A stretch of 64,000 nucleotides of DNA from Lama glama. Its lineage: Eukaryota. The notes below the pieces were generated by a model. That model had not been told where the DNA came from. It did not search any database and saw only the letters and a list, made by a program, of their open reading frames with translations. The position numbers and the translations under genes are program-made. The stretch is from NCBI GenBank assembly GCA_028534125.1, contig CM052822.1, positions 52,452,001-52,516,000 of the forward strand, given 5' to 3'. Positions within the stretch are counted from its first letter, which is position 1. Every line of letters begins with the position of its first letter. This document shows positions 25,375 to 38,952 of this stretch, piece by piece.

Positions 25375-25620
25375 TGTGTCCCCACCCCCAGGTGAAGAGT
25401 CAGAGACAAGACCCTGAGTGCAGGTAATTTATTTGGGTGATGATCTTAGGACAGAGGAGTGAGGGGCCAGGGAAATTTATGCTTTTTGATAATAGGAAAG
25501 GCCAACATAAGAGTTCATTATCAAAGTTCTAACTGTGGGCAAGAGAGTCACACAGAGAAGCGTACATCATGCTTCCCAGAATCAGTTTTCTGAGAAACAG
25601 TTCCATGGATACAAGGGGAA
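25375..25620 (-). mobile_element. ERVL LTR16-like fragment
   Basis: gagacaagaccctgagtgcaggtaatttatttgggtgatgatc. Confidence 0.5.
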
Positions 25621-25869
25621 CTGAATCTTGTAGTCTGTCTGTTCCTCACCAACCCACATGGCAACTCTTGTCAACTCCTGCCCATCAGGTACGACTCTGG
25701 AGAATTTCAATGATTCTGAAAGGAAATGCTTTTGGCATCTTTTGACAAGCTAGTTGCTGAGCATTATTGTGTGAGAAACTGTCATGCAGACACTAACCTT
25801 CCTCCCCAGGGATGGTTATTGGGCTACCAGATTCAGTCAATGTTCACTGAATAAATACTCATTTAAAAC

Positions 25870-28000
25870 TCACTGAACAAATGTATATTGAATACCTATT
25901 ATGTGGCAGGCCTTGTTCTAGGCACTGCTATTATAATTATGAAAAGAAGAGAAAAATCTCTGTCCCCTTAGAGAAGATAAGCAGAATATAACCATAGAAT
26001 ATTTACCACACAGAGAGTGATAAGTGTTACGAATAATAGCTAAAGCAGGGAAGGGGAATAGAGAAAATGTTGAAAGATGGGTATTAAAATTTTAGATTAT
26101 AAATCAATAAAAAATGTCAAAAAAAATTTTAGATTGATCGAAGATGGCCTCACTGATAAGATGCCATTTGAGGAAACACCTTTAGGAAAAGGGGGAGGGA
26201 ACCACAAGGGAATCTAGTGGAGAAGCAGAGAACACAGCCTGTACAAAGAACTCAAATTCGAGGCAAGACGGGGTCTGAAGTATTCAAGGAACAGTGATGA
26301 GACCGTCATGGCTGGAGCTGCATGAGCAAGGAAGCAAAGTGAAGGATTAGGTCTGAGTTAACAGGGGACCAGGTCACACAGGATCTTTTAGTCATAATTG
26401 AGACAGTGGCTTTTGTTCTGACTGAGACTAGAAGTCAGTGAAGAGTTTGAGCACAAGGGGTGATATGATCTAAGTGTTTAAGAGGTTTAGTCTAACATCT
26501 GTGTTAAAAATAGACTCAGAAAAGAGGACAAAAGACACAGGGAAACCAACCGAGAGATCTCTGCAAAAATCCAGACAAGAGAAGAATGGCTTGTACCAGA
26601 AAAGTAACAGTACAGGTGGAGAGAAGTGGACAAATCTTAGGCAGCTTGGGGATATAACTGAAAATAATCAGACAATGGAATCTGCTGACATTTCAGATAT
26701 GAGGTGTGATTAATAAAAAAGAAAGGTATCCAGTTTTGGCTTGTGTAACTGAAAGAATAGTTTCCACTCACTGAGATAAAGGTGTTTGTATATAAAGAGT
26801 TTAATGTTAGACAGGTTAATTTTGAGATTGGCTGTTAAACCTCCAGCTGAAGATGTTGAAGAGGAAGTTTAGGCAACAAGCCTGGAATTCAGCATAGAAA
26901 TGCAAGCTAGAGATACAAGTATGGGAGTCAGCAGCAACCAGTATTTACAGCCATGAGAATGGATGCAATCATTAGGGGACTGAGCACAGACAGAAAAGGG
27001 AAGAGGTCTAAAAACTTAGACCTGGGCATTCCAAAGTGTAGAGGTTGGCAGAGGGAGTGGGTAGAGGGGAGCAAAAGGGATTGAGAAGCATCAAAGTGGA
27101 AAGCAAGCCAGCAAAATGTGGCATCTAGGAAACCAAGTAAAGAGAATGTTTTAAAGAGGAGAATGTAACCAACCAAATCAAATGCTACTGATAGTTCAAG
27201 GAAGATGAGGTTTGAGAGCTGATTACTGGATCTGTGATAATATAAATTGCACTGGTGATCTTAAAAAGAACAGTTTTTGCAGAGCAGTGATGGTGAAAGC
27301 CTAATGGACTGAGTCCAAGAGAAAACAGAGGTAGAGAAAGTGAGCCAGTCAATACAGAGAATTCTTTTAAGGAATTTTATTTTAAAGAGAGAAAGCAAAA
27401 TGAAGCTGGTGCAGTAAAACCTTTTTTTTTTTTTAATTGGGAGAAACAACAGCAGTTGGTATGCTGATGGAAATGATCTAAAAGAGAGAGAATCGTGATG
27501 ATCCAAGAGAATGGGTGAGAATTTCTGGTGTCATGCCTTTAGTAGGTGAGAAGAGATGGAATATAGCACAGTGCATCAGTGCGAGATTGGCCTTAGCTAG
27601 GAGTATAGACAATTCTGGTTCATTGTTAGTAACAGGAAAGAAGGTAGAGAGAAGACACACAGATGCCCGAGGTAAGTAGATGGGGTGTGAGGGTTCATGG
27701 AAGTCCTCCTCTGGAGGCTTCTATTTTGCCAGTGAAATGGGAACCAAGGTCAAAGGCTAAGAGTGATTACGTGGGAGGATGCATTCAAGGTTTAAAGTAA
27801 GGTTCAGAAAGCACGAAGTAATCAGCAAGGAGTGTGGATTAGGGATACACAGCATAATTGCAGGGCCACACCACCTGCTCAGGGACAGCGGCTGTGAGAG
27901 CAGGAGAGCAGTCGGCACCACTGTGTGCGTCACTCTGTTCAGCTGTGTGGGTGCAGGAGCTGCAGAAGAGTTGGATTCAACCTGGCTGTGTGTGGCTAAT
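25870..28000 (-). mobile_element. Long L2 LINE remnant
   Basis: Begins at the reversed L2 3' end (aacaaatgtatattgaatacctattatgtggcagg) and continues through purine-rich antisense L2 motifs. Confidence 0.8.
26099..26122 (+). mobile_element. 24-bp ultra-truncated L1 3' terminus with perfect 13-bp TSD
   Basis: Insert ataaatcaataaaaaatgtcaaaa between AAAATTTTAGATT copies at 26086-26098 and 26123-26135. TT/AAAA target site. Confidence 0.75.
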
Positions 28001-28760
28001 CACAGCAACCCCCCACCCCACCCTCCTCACAGAGATGTCAGCCATCTCCTCCCTAACAGGTAGGAATCTTATTCAGAGAGCTTTCAATATGTCTCCCGAC
28101 GATGTCTTGCAGAAGTTTTGTTTGTGTTTTGTCATTTACTTTTCCTCTTCACATCCCACAATGCATATGTTTTTCTATTTTCAATGTTATGCAATATAGT
28201 TGTATCCCTGACTAACCTATTTTCCAAAAGGGGTGAAGACAACTGTGGAAGAAGTATAATTAGGACTCTAACAGTATCTCAGTAACATTAAGCATCATTT
28301 TTAAGTACTTTGTATGTCCTACGCACTTAACATACATTTCTAATCCTTTCAACAAATTTCCCCCTTTTAAAGGAATGGAAACATAGAAAGTAAAATGAGT
28401 CATCCAGCTAATAAATGGCAGAGCTTAGATCCAAACCCTGACCTGCATGTTCCATGGTGCTGATTCTGGCCACTCCACCATCTAGCCCTTATTTGCCAAG
28501 ACAAGATTAAGCTTGTGCTGTCCTAGTTCCAACTGTACAAATTCAAATGCTATTGAATGGGCTTGGCTAAATAGCTTTAATCCAAGGTGTTGTTTCTAAG
28601 CTTTCTTTCCAAACACCAGACCTCATCTTCTCTTGATCTTGAGACAAAAATTCTAGTTTCCATGTTCCAAACCAAACTCATTCGTAAATGCTGAGTTTTA
28701 CTGGTTTTCTCCTGTCCAATCCTGAACCTCTGGATATACTGGCCTATATTTACAGTACTT

Positions 28761-28960
28761 TGGCACTGCTGACATTTTGGGCCGGGTGATTTTCTTGTGG
28801 AGGCCNNNNNNNNNNNNNNNNNNNNNNNNNNNNNNNNNNNNNNNNNNNNNNNNNNNNNNNNNNNNNNNNNNNNNNNNNNNNNNNNNNNNNNNNNNNNNNN
28901 NNNNNNNNNNNNNNNNNNNNNNNNNNNNNNNNNNAACTGTCCCTGGTTGAGAGCCACTGG
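28761..28960. mobile_element. MER20 hAT-Charlie element spanning an assembly gap
   Basis: ggcactgctgacattttgggccgggtga before the Ns and ccctggttgagagccactg after. Confidence 0.75.
28806..28934. other. Assembly gap (129 N)
   Basis: Run of N. Confidence 0.99.
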
Positions 28961-29529
28961 GTTAGAAGTAAAGATTAGACAGGAATTTGTTTTTTTTTTA
29001 ATTACATTCACAATTTTATATTACAATTTTATATTGCCACTTTATCTATAACAATTAAAGATATGTTTTCTTTGTAATTTGTGGTTTTAGAATATGTCTT
29101 TGTTTTGCTGTTTTATAAAAAGATGAGCTCTTCTCAGATTTTACCTTCTCTATAATTTTCTAAGAACTCCTTGCCTCAACATCATCATACTAGGCTGAAT
29201 TAATTGTAACAGTCCCTTTGTTCCCACTGTACTTTGAAATTTAAAAAAAATCTGTAATAGTATTTATCACACTCTATCACAGTGCTTTAAAAAAGAAAAA
29301 AAAAAGCTGCACATATATCTGGGTACAAGACTATCACCTCTTTGGTGATGGAGATCATGTATTACTATTCATTTTTGCATCTCTAGCATTTACAAAATTC
29401 CTAATATATAAGTATGTGCTTAACTTGTGCTTTTAAACTGTATTGCAAGGCATTCTGTGGGTTGGCTTTCAATTGTCTATGCCCATGGAATGCCCATTTA
29501 TTGTCTTGCGATCATTACTCAAGTCACAG

Positions 29530-29548
29530 CCCTGCCATCTAGCGGCCA
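29530..29548 (-). promoter_or_regulatory. CTCF-binding motif
   Basis: Reverse complement is TGGCCGCTAGATGGCAGGG, a close fit to TGGCCRCYAGRKGGCRS. It retains a CpG in otherwise CpG-poor sequence. Confidence 0.65.
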
Positions 29549-30899
29549 ATTACCCAAACTGTAGGTAGAATACCTAGGATGAAATAAACTAATATGCCAT
29601 ATTTCTCAAACACAAAGTTTTAAAGTTACATTCAGTATCACAAGATAAAGAAACTACTGAACCACTTTCATACATATGCAAATCTATTTTTCAACCAATT
29701 TGAACTTTTTGTTGAGTGAAATTCACACGTATAAGGTTTTCAGTTCCAATATATAGCATTTTTATTGGCAAATAAGGAAATGTAATGTCCACGTTGCCCC
29801 TCTTTTGATCTTATGCATTTCCTTTCCCAACCAAGCTCAAGATTTGCTGCGTTTTCCCTTTAAGACCTCTCTCCCGAAGAGTCTAAGCCATTCATCAAGA
29901 TACCTACCAGGACACCGAACTCAGCTAGACAGCAAGATCTTGGGAAAATCTCAGCTAGTAGGATTCATCATCTGATTGCAACCAAAGCTGTTCCACAATA
30001 TGGACTGAAATAAGCAGTTTTTAACCAGTAGGTTATTAGTGTGGTTGTAGGGTTGACTGAACTGACCCATCAATTCAACTAAGTAGGCTAGGATACTAGT
30101 CTAAACATTAAAAAGTAATTGGGAAGAAGCATTTTCATCATTAACTCACTGCCTTCACCAATTATGACTGCATGCTTTCAGGTGTCTCATTCATGCATTA
30201 TTCTACTGTTATAATAACAATAATGCAATTAACTAATAATACGGGTTGGATGAGGGGACAACAGAATGGAAGAAGGGTGAGAGATAAGCGTTGGCAATTT
30301 GGTTTCAACTTCAATTACTATTTAGCATTTGAGAGATCATAAATCTATTACTAACTCATATTTATGAGTTTCAAAGTGTATTTGCTTTAGCAGGAATGCA
30401 TAACCAAATGTCTCTAAAATATGCTGAATTGTTCTGTCGCTTATCTGTTTTGTTGAGATCATTAACATGCTTTGAAGCCAAATGCAACAGATGTATAAAC
30501 TCTCAGATATTTCTCATTCTTCCTAATATTAGCTCCTGATACATCATTGATTTGCAAGATGAATATTTATTTCTAGCACTGCAAACTTACCAGTGGCATG
30601 ATCCTATTTCTTTACTCTCAGATGTTTAAAACACCTGAAGAAGTTCAAGAGCATACTTAAACCAACTCTTCACTGCATATGTGGAGAGACTGAGGTTTTG
30701 ACAGGTTTGGTGCCTCATCCAAGGTAATGGAACTGACTGTGGCAGATGATTCTAGAACTCTCAGATGTTGAGAAACTATTAGTCCTGAGGCCATGCCATA
30801 ACTTAATGCCTGGGGCTAACACACCACCAAGAGTATATTACAATGTGAGCCTCTCAGGTCTAATTCCATCATCTTCATACCCCATGTCCCTCACCAGCC

Positions 30900-32100
30900 T
30901 CTCTAAGTCATTCTTTTTCTCACAAACTCAAATTACAAACTCTGTTTTATCCTCTCCATTTCCCTCCCTTCCCAAACAAACCCTTCCAGTGACTCCTGTG
31001 ATCTCAGTCTGTGATTGGCTGTTCCCTTTCTTTCAAATACTCCCTTCACCTCCTTGCATTAGCTGAAACCCACCTTGGTCCTGAGCAAATATCAGGGCCA
31101 GGAGTTGATGTGGATGTGTGTTCCTTGCTCCCTTCAAGTTATCTCACCCCTTCCCTCCTGCAAAAATCCCTGTTCTTTTAATGCTAACATCATTGGGATA
31201 TACCACTCTTTCTATACGTTCGTACACTCTTCTGCCCACCTCCTAGTCACACCTCCTCATTCACTAGTCTTCTCCCAGAAGACAGTCTTCTATTCCACTT
31301 GGTTTCCTTCTTTTATCCTTGGCGATTTCAGTGAGTGGATGATCCATTAAAAAGCCCCAGCTTCTCAATTTCTTGATTTCCATATTCCAGTGACTTTCTT
31401 TTTTCCACTTCAGTCACTCATTTTATGGTCACACCCTGGACATTTACATCTCTTTATAATATGAACCTTTTCAGACACAAAGATTTAACTTTCCTAGTGC
31501 ATAGTTTGCATTCAGTTCACTGATACAAGTACTTCCATACCACATGGCTCTTTAATGATGTGGGGACATTTGATCCCTTCATTCCACCACTTTCTTAATA
31601 TCAGTCCCATCACCAATTCCTACCTTGTTCAGCACAGATTCCATAATCAACACAGTGCACCTTTGCAAATACTTTCAACTCCGACTTCCTTCTTTCCCTC
31701 AGCTGAGTTCACCTTACAAAACCCTAATATGTGTGTGAACTCCGCTTGCTTCAGACTTTTTTGCATCTAAACAGGAAAGCGCTAATAATCACAGAAATCA
31801 CACAATCAGATGACTAGTTTTGCTTTAAATTCGTATCTCAGGCTACAGCGTCAATCTTGATAGAACCCGGGAATCTTGCTACATTTTTATAGTAAGTTCA
31901 CTTTTCTGCTCCCCAGGATAATAGTATTGATCTGGATCTTCTCTCTTCAATCTTCTACCCCACTACTTCCACCTGATCTCATCAGCCAGTATCCCTGCCC
32001 ATACTTTACTGAGAAGATGGAACATCAGATGGAAACATTTTCATCCTCCCATGACCAAATCCCCATACTTGGCTGCCACTGAACCATTTCCCATCTCCAT
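30900..32100 (+). mobile_element. Old L2 LINE internal fragment
   Basis: Pyrimidine-rich sense L2 motifs (atccttggcgatttca, atggtcacaccctggac, tactttactgagaa). Confidence 0.6.
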
Positions 32101-32274
32101 CAAATCAGGAGATATCAATAACACATCAGAATACAGATGAGAACTTTAGACTTTGAGGCAACTGACCTTAAGTAGTAAGTTAGGGATGATGTCAGATTTA
32201 GAAGGATGGTGAATAGTATGTTCTGAAGAAAACGGAAAGGCTTTGATGGGAGGTACATGGTCTAAGTTATGTTG

Positions 32275-32490
32275 CAGGGGTCAGCAAACTATAGCCCTTG
32301 GACCAAATCCAGCCTGTTGGTTATTTTTGTGAATAAAGTTTTATTGAAACACACCCATCATTTATGTATTGTCTATGGATACTAGCATGCCACAATGGCA
32401 AGGCTGAATAGTTGCCACAGAAACCATATAATCTTCAAAATCTAAAATATTTTCTACTTATGAGTTTATAGAAAAATTTACCAGGCCTTG
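32275..32490. mobile_element. MER58A hAT-Charlie MITE within an antisense L2 remnant
   Basis: caggggtcagcaaactatagccc...aataaagttttattgaaacaca...ctaaaatattt. Confidence 0.85.
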
Positions 32491-33019
32491 TTTCTGAAAG
32501 GTAACTCTGGTACCATGATGAAGGATAAACAATAATGGGGACTAATTAGATGCACAGAAAATATTTGGAAGGAAATTGTGTTAGTACTGGTAAGAATGAC
32601 AAAAGCCTAGTCTAAGCCAATGGAAGTGGACACAGAAAACAGAAAACACTGAGAAACATTTTCAGTATGGAATCAGTAGGATTAGATAAACAGATATGAG
32701 AAAAAAAGAGAAAAAATAGGTTAAAAAAAAACAACTCTAAGTTTTCTATTCTTAATGACTGGGCGAGTGGAGTGTCCTCAACCGTGGCAAAAGAAAAGAG
32801 GCAGGAAAAGTGAAAGTTTCCAGAAATAATGATGATTTTCATTTTGGACAAGTTCAATACCAAGAAGAAATACACATGGAGTTTGCTCAAATTATCCCCA
32901 AGTTGATCTCTAAGACTAATGGAGTTATGGAAGTCACTGTTCTATAACTGAACAATGGGAACAGATGAAATCATTTAAGGAAATGTAAAATAAACAACAA
33001 CAAAAAAGTCTCTTAAAAG

Positions 33020-33162
33020 NNNNNNNNNNNNNNNNNNNNNNNNNNNNNNNNNNNNNNNNNNNNNNNNNNNNNNNNNNNNNNNNNNNNNNNNNNNNNNNNN
33101 NNNNNNNNNNNNNNNNNNNNNNNNNNNNNNNNNNNNNNNNNNNNNNNNNNNNNNNNNNNNNN
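33020..33162. other. Assembly gap (143 N)
   Basis: Run of N. Confidence 0.99.
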
Positions 33163-33700
33163 ATTAAGCACTAAAACAGAATGAGCTATGAAACCATGAA
33201 CAGACATGGAAGAACCTTAAATACGTATTACTAAGCAAAAGAAGGCATTCTGAAAGGCTACATACTGTATGGTTCTAACTGTATGACATTCTGAAAAACA
33301 CAAATCTATGAAGACAGTAAAAAGATCAGTGGTTGCCAGGGGTTGGGATGGGAGAAGGGGTGAATATGCGGAATACAGAGGGTTTTTAGAGCAGTGAAAC
33401 TATTCTATATGATACTGTAATGGTGGATACATGCCATTACATATTTGTCTAAGCCCACAGAATATACATCACCAAAAGTGAAGGGTGATGTAAACTATGG
33501 ACTTTGGGTGATTATGAGGTGTCAATGTAGGTTCATCAACTGTAACAAATGTCCACACTCTGTTGAGAAATGTTGATAATGGGGGGGGGGTTATGAAAGT
33601 GTTGGGGTTAGAAGGTATATGGGAAATCTCTGTACCTTTCCCTCAAATTTTCTGTGATACTGAAAATTTTCTAAAACTGCTCTAAAAAATAAAATTTGTA
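33163..33700 (+). mobile_element. L1MC-type 3' UTR
   Basis: aaaggctacatactgtatg...aaaagatcagtggttgccagggg...taaactatggactttgggtgattatg...aataaaa. Confidence 0.85.
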
Positions 33701-34599
33701 TTTAAAATTGTTATTAAGTCATAAACAGAAGATTACAGAGAAATTAAAATGAATTAACAAAATCTAGGTATATCAAAATAGATAAATTTCAAATACATAA
33801 TGTTCAGCTGCAAATACAAAATGCAAGCTGCAAAGGATGGTTGATTCTGTTTGAGTCTTAAAACAGAGTAACATACATTGTACACAGACAGAAATGTAGA
33901 AAAGTATGTTAACGATAATACAACTTCAGGATAGAACAGAGAGGAGAGGGGAAGAGCAGGAAGAGTAGATTTGCTTTATCTGCCATGCTATATTTCTTTT
34001 TCAAAAAAAAAAAAAAGCTTTCAGTAAAAGACACCAAAAGAGAGAGGGGGGTATAAATTGTCAGTAGGAAAATTAAAGAGATAGTACATCCTGGATTATC
34101 AGGAAAGGAAGGAGATACATTTTCAAAAGAAGGACATAAAGCAGAGCATCCAAGATTGCAGACAAGTCAAGCAGAATGAGGGATAAGAAGCTCTGCCTGT
34201 TATCAGTCAAATGTTAGAGAAAGTTTCAGCAGAATAATGGGGGTGGGAGCCAGATGGTGGGGGGTGGAGAGGAGATACTTGGCACTGAAGAAGTGGAGGC
34301 AGTGAGAGCAAATGGCTCATTCAAAAAAATTGGCAATCAAAAATTAAAGAGAAAAGATATACAGTAGTTTGTAAGAGAAATATTTAATCTGTCTAATGCT
34401 TTAGTGTCAGGCCAGGTAGGTACTCAAATAACTCAACATATTTTTGCAAAACACTGAGTCATTATATTATCAAAAATAAAAAACAAATAAATATCTTTTT
34501 TCCTTCAGGGAGTATCTGCAGACTATCTCACATGTTAATATGGCATAAAGTAGTATTAGGAGCATGGTTCAAATAACAAATAAGATGAACAATAGAGTT

Positions 34600-35219
34600 G
34601 GAAAAGTTGAGAAAAGGTGAGACCTGAGACCTAGGGATTTCCCGGGTGTGACGCTCACTCAGACAGATCCCCACAAAGTGAGCATCTGGATGCAGTCACC
34701 AGGATATGTCCTTCAACCTCTCACACTTAGAAATTTAATCTCCTCAATGTGAATACAATTAAGTCTCAGGAAGCGGATTCCTACTAACAAAGCTCATCAG
34801 AGACTACTGTTAAAGCCACTTTACTTATCTACAATAAGGAGTGTAATTGCCAAGCAGCGTAGATATATTAGCCTGACCACTGAGCAGGACCAACATGAGG
34901 GTGTTTGGAAAACAAGGAAGCAGAACAAAGAGTGACATTACTGGAATGTGTAATGACAGCTGGCTTCCATGCGATATCCTCGTCAAGTGGCTTCCTGACA
35001 GAACATTCCCTCTTTACATGAAGGCATGCTCTTGCAAATTTCCCTTTTTCTGCACCTGTATTTCTAAACACCCCTCTTCTAAAATACATAAGCATTCCTT
35101 GAAGATGTTAGTACCTCTCTGCATAGGAGCAGAAACATCTCTCTAGGATGATTCTGCTCTTCTCTGCACTGAATACACTGTACTTGTTATTGTTTGATTT
35201 TCAGAGTACTTTGAGGACA
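34600..35219 (+). mobile_element. Candidate solo LTR, family not recognised
   Basis: Distinct ~600-bp block with a TATA-like aaatacataagc, a degenerate poly(A) signal and a CA end. No TSD found. Confidence 0.35.
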
Positions 35220-36779
35220 TCTAGGATCACCTCCATATAAAAGACAACATTCCATTTATATGTACAAGTCCATCAGCACATGCTGAAGGGCAAAGTCAAC
35301 ATTCCCCAAATTTTAGTCATACCTATATCATTTTCATGATTTTTATTATATGTTGAGGACAACTATAATTTCACTGATTCTTTTTCATCAAATAAACTCA
35401 TGTCTTTATATAAGTTTATTTTTAAAGGATACTTTATATTACTACCATTAAATTAGCAACTCAGGCTATATTTGACATAAGTAAAAATAACTGATTAGAA
35501 TAATAAAAATATTTTTTAAAATTGACTTGTTTCACTACTACCCACGAACATACATATGCCATCATTTATTATTACAGCTGCTAAATGATGTATTGTTTTG
35601 TATCTTATGTAAGGTCTAATATAGCCCATGCAATCCTGGCCTGTTACTGAAGACTGCAAAGTTATTACCTTGTTATCACAACAGCACTGCTCTGATTCAT
35701 CAAACCCTGATGAGAATACTAGATCAAACTTTAAAAGAAACTTTTAAAAAAAGACTACAGAAAATATGAGTTGTTTATATGGAATGTTCTGTAGTATAAC
35801 ATCTTTAAAATGAGACCAGTTCTCCATGGAAATAAACTAATGTGTCTTTCATGAAATTCTGTTAAAAGAGTTTTGATGGCGCACTTAAAGGACTGTCATT
35901 AAACCACTTATTGCTGTGTAGGTGGTGAGTTTTATAACATTTTCTCAGACATAAAAAGGTATAGCTCTTTTGGACCCATAACAAAATGTTTATTTTGCAC
36001 AGCTCGTTCTATTCAATGTGTATAGCACCCTAAGATGTGGTAAAACTTTGAAAGTAATTATTAAAGAAAAGAGAAGAATAAGGAATTACAGGGTTTGTTG
36101 GGAAAGGTACAGACTGTGTATTTTCAGAGGCTACTTGAAAATGTGTAGGGGAGCTGATCAGGTGCAAACACAGGAGGAAAAGCCTCAGAAAAGCTTTTCT
36201 GACTTGCAATTGGCAGTGGCCCCGGGTTAATACTTTTTGTCCAGAAATGTTGTGAGCATGGGTCTCTGGAAAAAAATAATTATATTCTGAACCATAAGAT
36301 TTTTAGGGTTCCTCACTGAAAGGATAGTAATTATAAATGTCAAATAACTTTAAATCTTTACTTCCAAATTTAGGTTCATGATTTTTTATATTAAAAAAAA
36401 CCTCAAACAAACTTAAAAGGAAAAATAGACATTTTCATAATATTTTAGATACTACATAGCTATTCTAAGTACGGACTATGGTTCAACTCAATATAACTAA
36501 ATTTATGAGCTACTTAAGTATCTTAATACGGAGCTTTGTTGCATTCATTTCAAATACATCTTAAAGCAAAGTGGATATTTGTTGGCTTCTTCCAGAGCAT
36601 CCACTTCCCCTTTTGTTCCACAACCAGAAGGACCTCATTTTCCACAGGAGAACTCACCCAACCCCAATACAAAGCAGTTGTGTGGTTTGAGAGGATAGAT
36701 CCCACCCCCACATTAAGTCCAGCAGAGCATCATGTACCTAGTCAGTGACTGGTTCAGGGATGGACATGTATTATATTTT

Positions 36780-37090
36780 GACCTGCTCACTTGGTTTACT
36801 GGCAGAATTCAGTTTACTTGCCTTTGTGGGGGCCAAGATACCTGTTCTCTTGCTGGCTGTAAACTGTAAGGGTGTTCCCAGGTAAAGAAAACCATCTCCC
36901 TTGGCTCATGGCCTTCTTCCTCCAAATTCAGTAAGATAATCCAGGATATTGCCCCATCTCAAAGACCTTAACCTTAAGCACATCTGAAAACTCCCTTTTG
37001 CCATATAAGGTAATATAATCACCATAATCATAGGATATGGGAATTTGGATGTGGGCATCCTTGGGGGGCCTTTAGTCTGCCTACCACAAT
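36780..37090 (-). mobile_element. MaLR LTR (MLT1D/E-like) fragment
   Basis: cacatctgaaaactcccttttgccatataaggtaata...ggatgtgggcatccttgggggg...tctgcctaccaca. Confidence 0.75.
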
Positions 37091-38952
37091 AATCCATTTG
37101 TTTTTCCTATTATTTCTAGTGGTTCTGATATCTGAAAAATGTCAAGCTGCCCTAGAGTATACTCTTGGATATCAATTCCTTCTGATCTTTGAAAAAGTCT
37201 ACCTACAAAGGCAGACAACGACATTATCCATGGACATGTGCTGATCACTTGCAGATAGATTCAAATTTTATCCTGTGAGTAAAAGTTACTTTATTACTAA
37301 TTATTGTAAAGAGCACTGACCTAGAATCCAGGAGACCTTCACTGTACGTTCTGCTACCTCAGAGAGTTACTCAGCTTATTTGGGACTCAGTTTTCTTATA
37401 TACAAGAGGAGAAAAGTGGACTGAGAAATTCCTAGATTTCCTTCTAGCTCTTAAAATCTAGATCCATGGCCTGGAAAAAAAAAAAGGGTAGAGGTGAGAG
37501 AGTAGTTATATCTTAGGTATAAAATCAAACAACCACAGCAAAATGAGAATTCTTTAGAAACAGTACGATAAAACTTTTTTTTTCATTTTTTTCCTACTCC
37601 ATACACATTTTAATGTAATTTCAGGCATCTGCTTTCCGTTAGTGACTCAAGGTAACTAAGTTTTTGTCAAGACAATTCTTATACACATCACACTACCACT
37701 CCATTTATCTTTCTGTACTTTTTCACGTTATTCTTACCTCATAGCCTAACCCTCAGTATATCAAAAAATTACCTTTGATCTTTCTTACAATTTAATGTCT
37801 CCAAGTCTAAATCACGCTATTCTTTCAGTGTGGATTATATCACTCAGGAATGAGTTCAGACTGGAGATCCAGGAGACCTAAGTTATTTCTGCCATCAACA
37901 TTATTTTCCAAGTTTGTCATGCCAAAATCACAAGGACAGTGTAATTTTACCTGTACTACAATCAAAGCCACCAAAGACAATCATCTTTAAAAGCCAAGCA
38001 AAAATAACCAAAAAAGCAAGTAAATGCACTCAGCTTAAAATAATGTTCTTAATCTGCTTTGTAATAGTGATAACACAAAAATGGTAATTTACAAACATAA
38101 ACACACAGAAGATATTGAAAAGGCTCAGATCTAGGTGCTCCATTTGGATTACTTATCCTCTTTGCTTGCTATTTAAATAAAGCCGTCCCAAGTTGTACGA
38201 ATTCAAGTACCCTCCTAGGCAACATCAGAGGTATAAGACCTGCCTACCCCTAAATTTACCTGGTGCTACAGGAGGCAAGTAAAAACAGGGGCAGGTTAAC
38301 CAAAGCGAAGGTCCAGATTCTCGATGGAATATTAACAGTCTGTTGCGCTACAGCTCTGCTTTGTGTAATAACAAATCAGCTCACATTTGACTGTTAACTA
38401 CGGGAGTAACGTTAGAATACCGTGGAAAGTGCATTGATTGGTTCATACTTAATCCTTCCTAGCACCTTAATGTCTTGTGCTACCAAGATCCAACAGCTGA
38501 ATGTAAAGTCACACAGTTGACTGCATGGTCACATGAGGCCTGGAGGGATACAGTGCACAAATGACACCCTTTCACTGTGTGGCATCCTGTTCTTCCCTTG
38601 GCATAGCTCAGCCTCGTGCTCTACTCTGGGCGTGATTATGCAGTTCTCTTAGATTTCTGCGCAAAAGCAACATCAGACAATGAGCCAGAGCCATCATCTC
38701 TGCACCTCTAAACCTTGTGCAAAGTTTGCACCTGCTTCTCCACCTGTTACTTTTGCGGATGATGCTCTCCTGCCCTTGCTTCTGTCACCCAGAAGTGTCA
38801 ACTCTTCCATAGACTGTCATTTTTCAATCTACCTTCAATTTTTTTTTAAAGGTAAAGCTCTGTAAGTTACTATAGCATTTCTTTACTTGTTAGGAATTTA
38901 ACATGTCCTTTTAAATGTGCTATTTTCATTTGGATTGTTATTGTCTCAGTGC

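Noticed and set aside
28577-29051. ORFs spanning N runs (also 33013-33207 and 49791-50150)
   Set aside because: Their length is inflated by assembly gaps.
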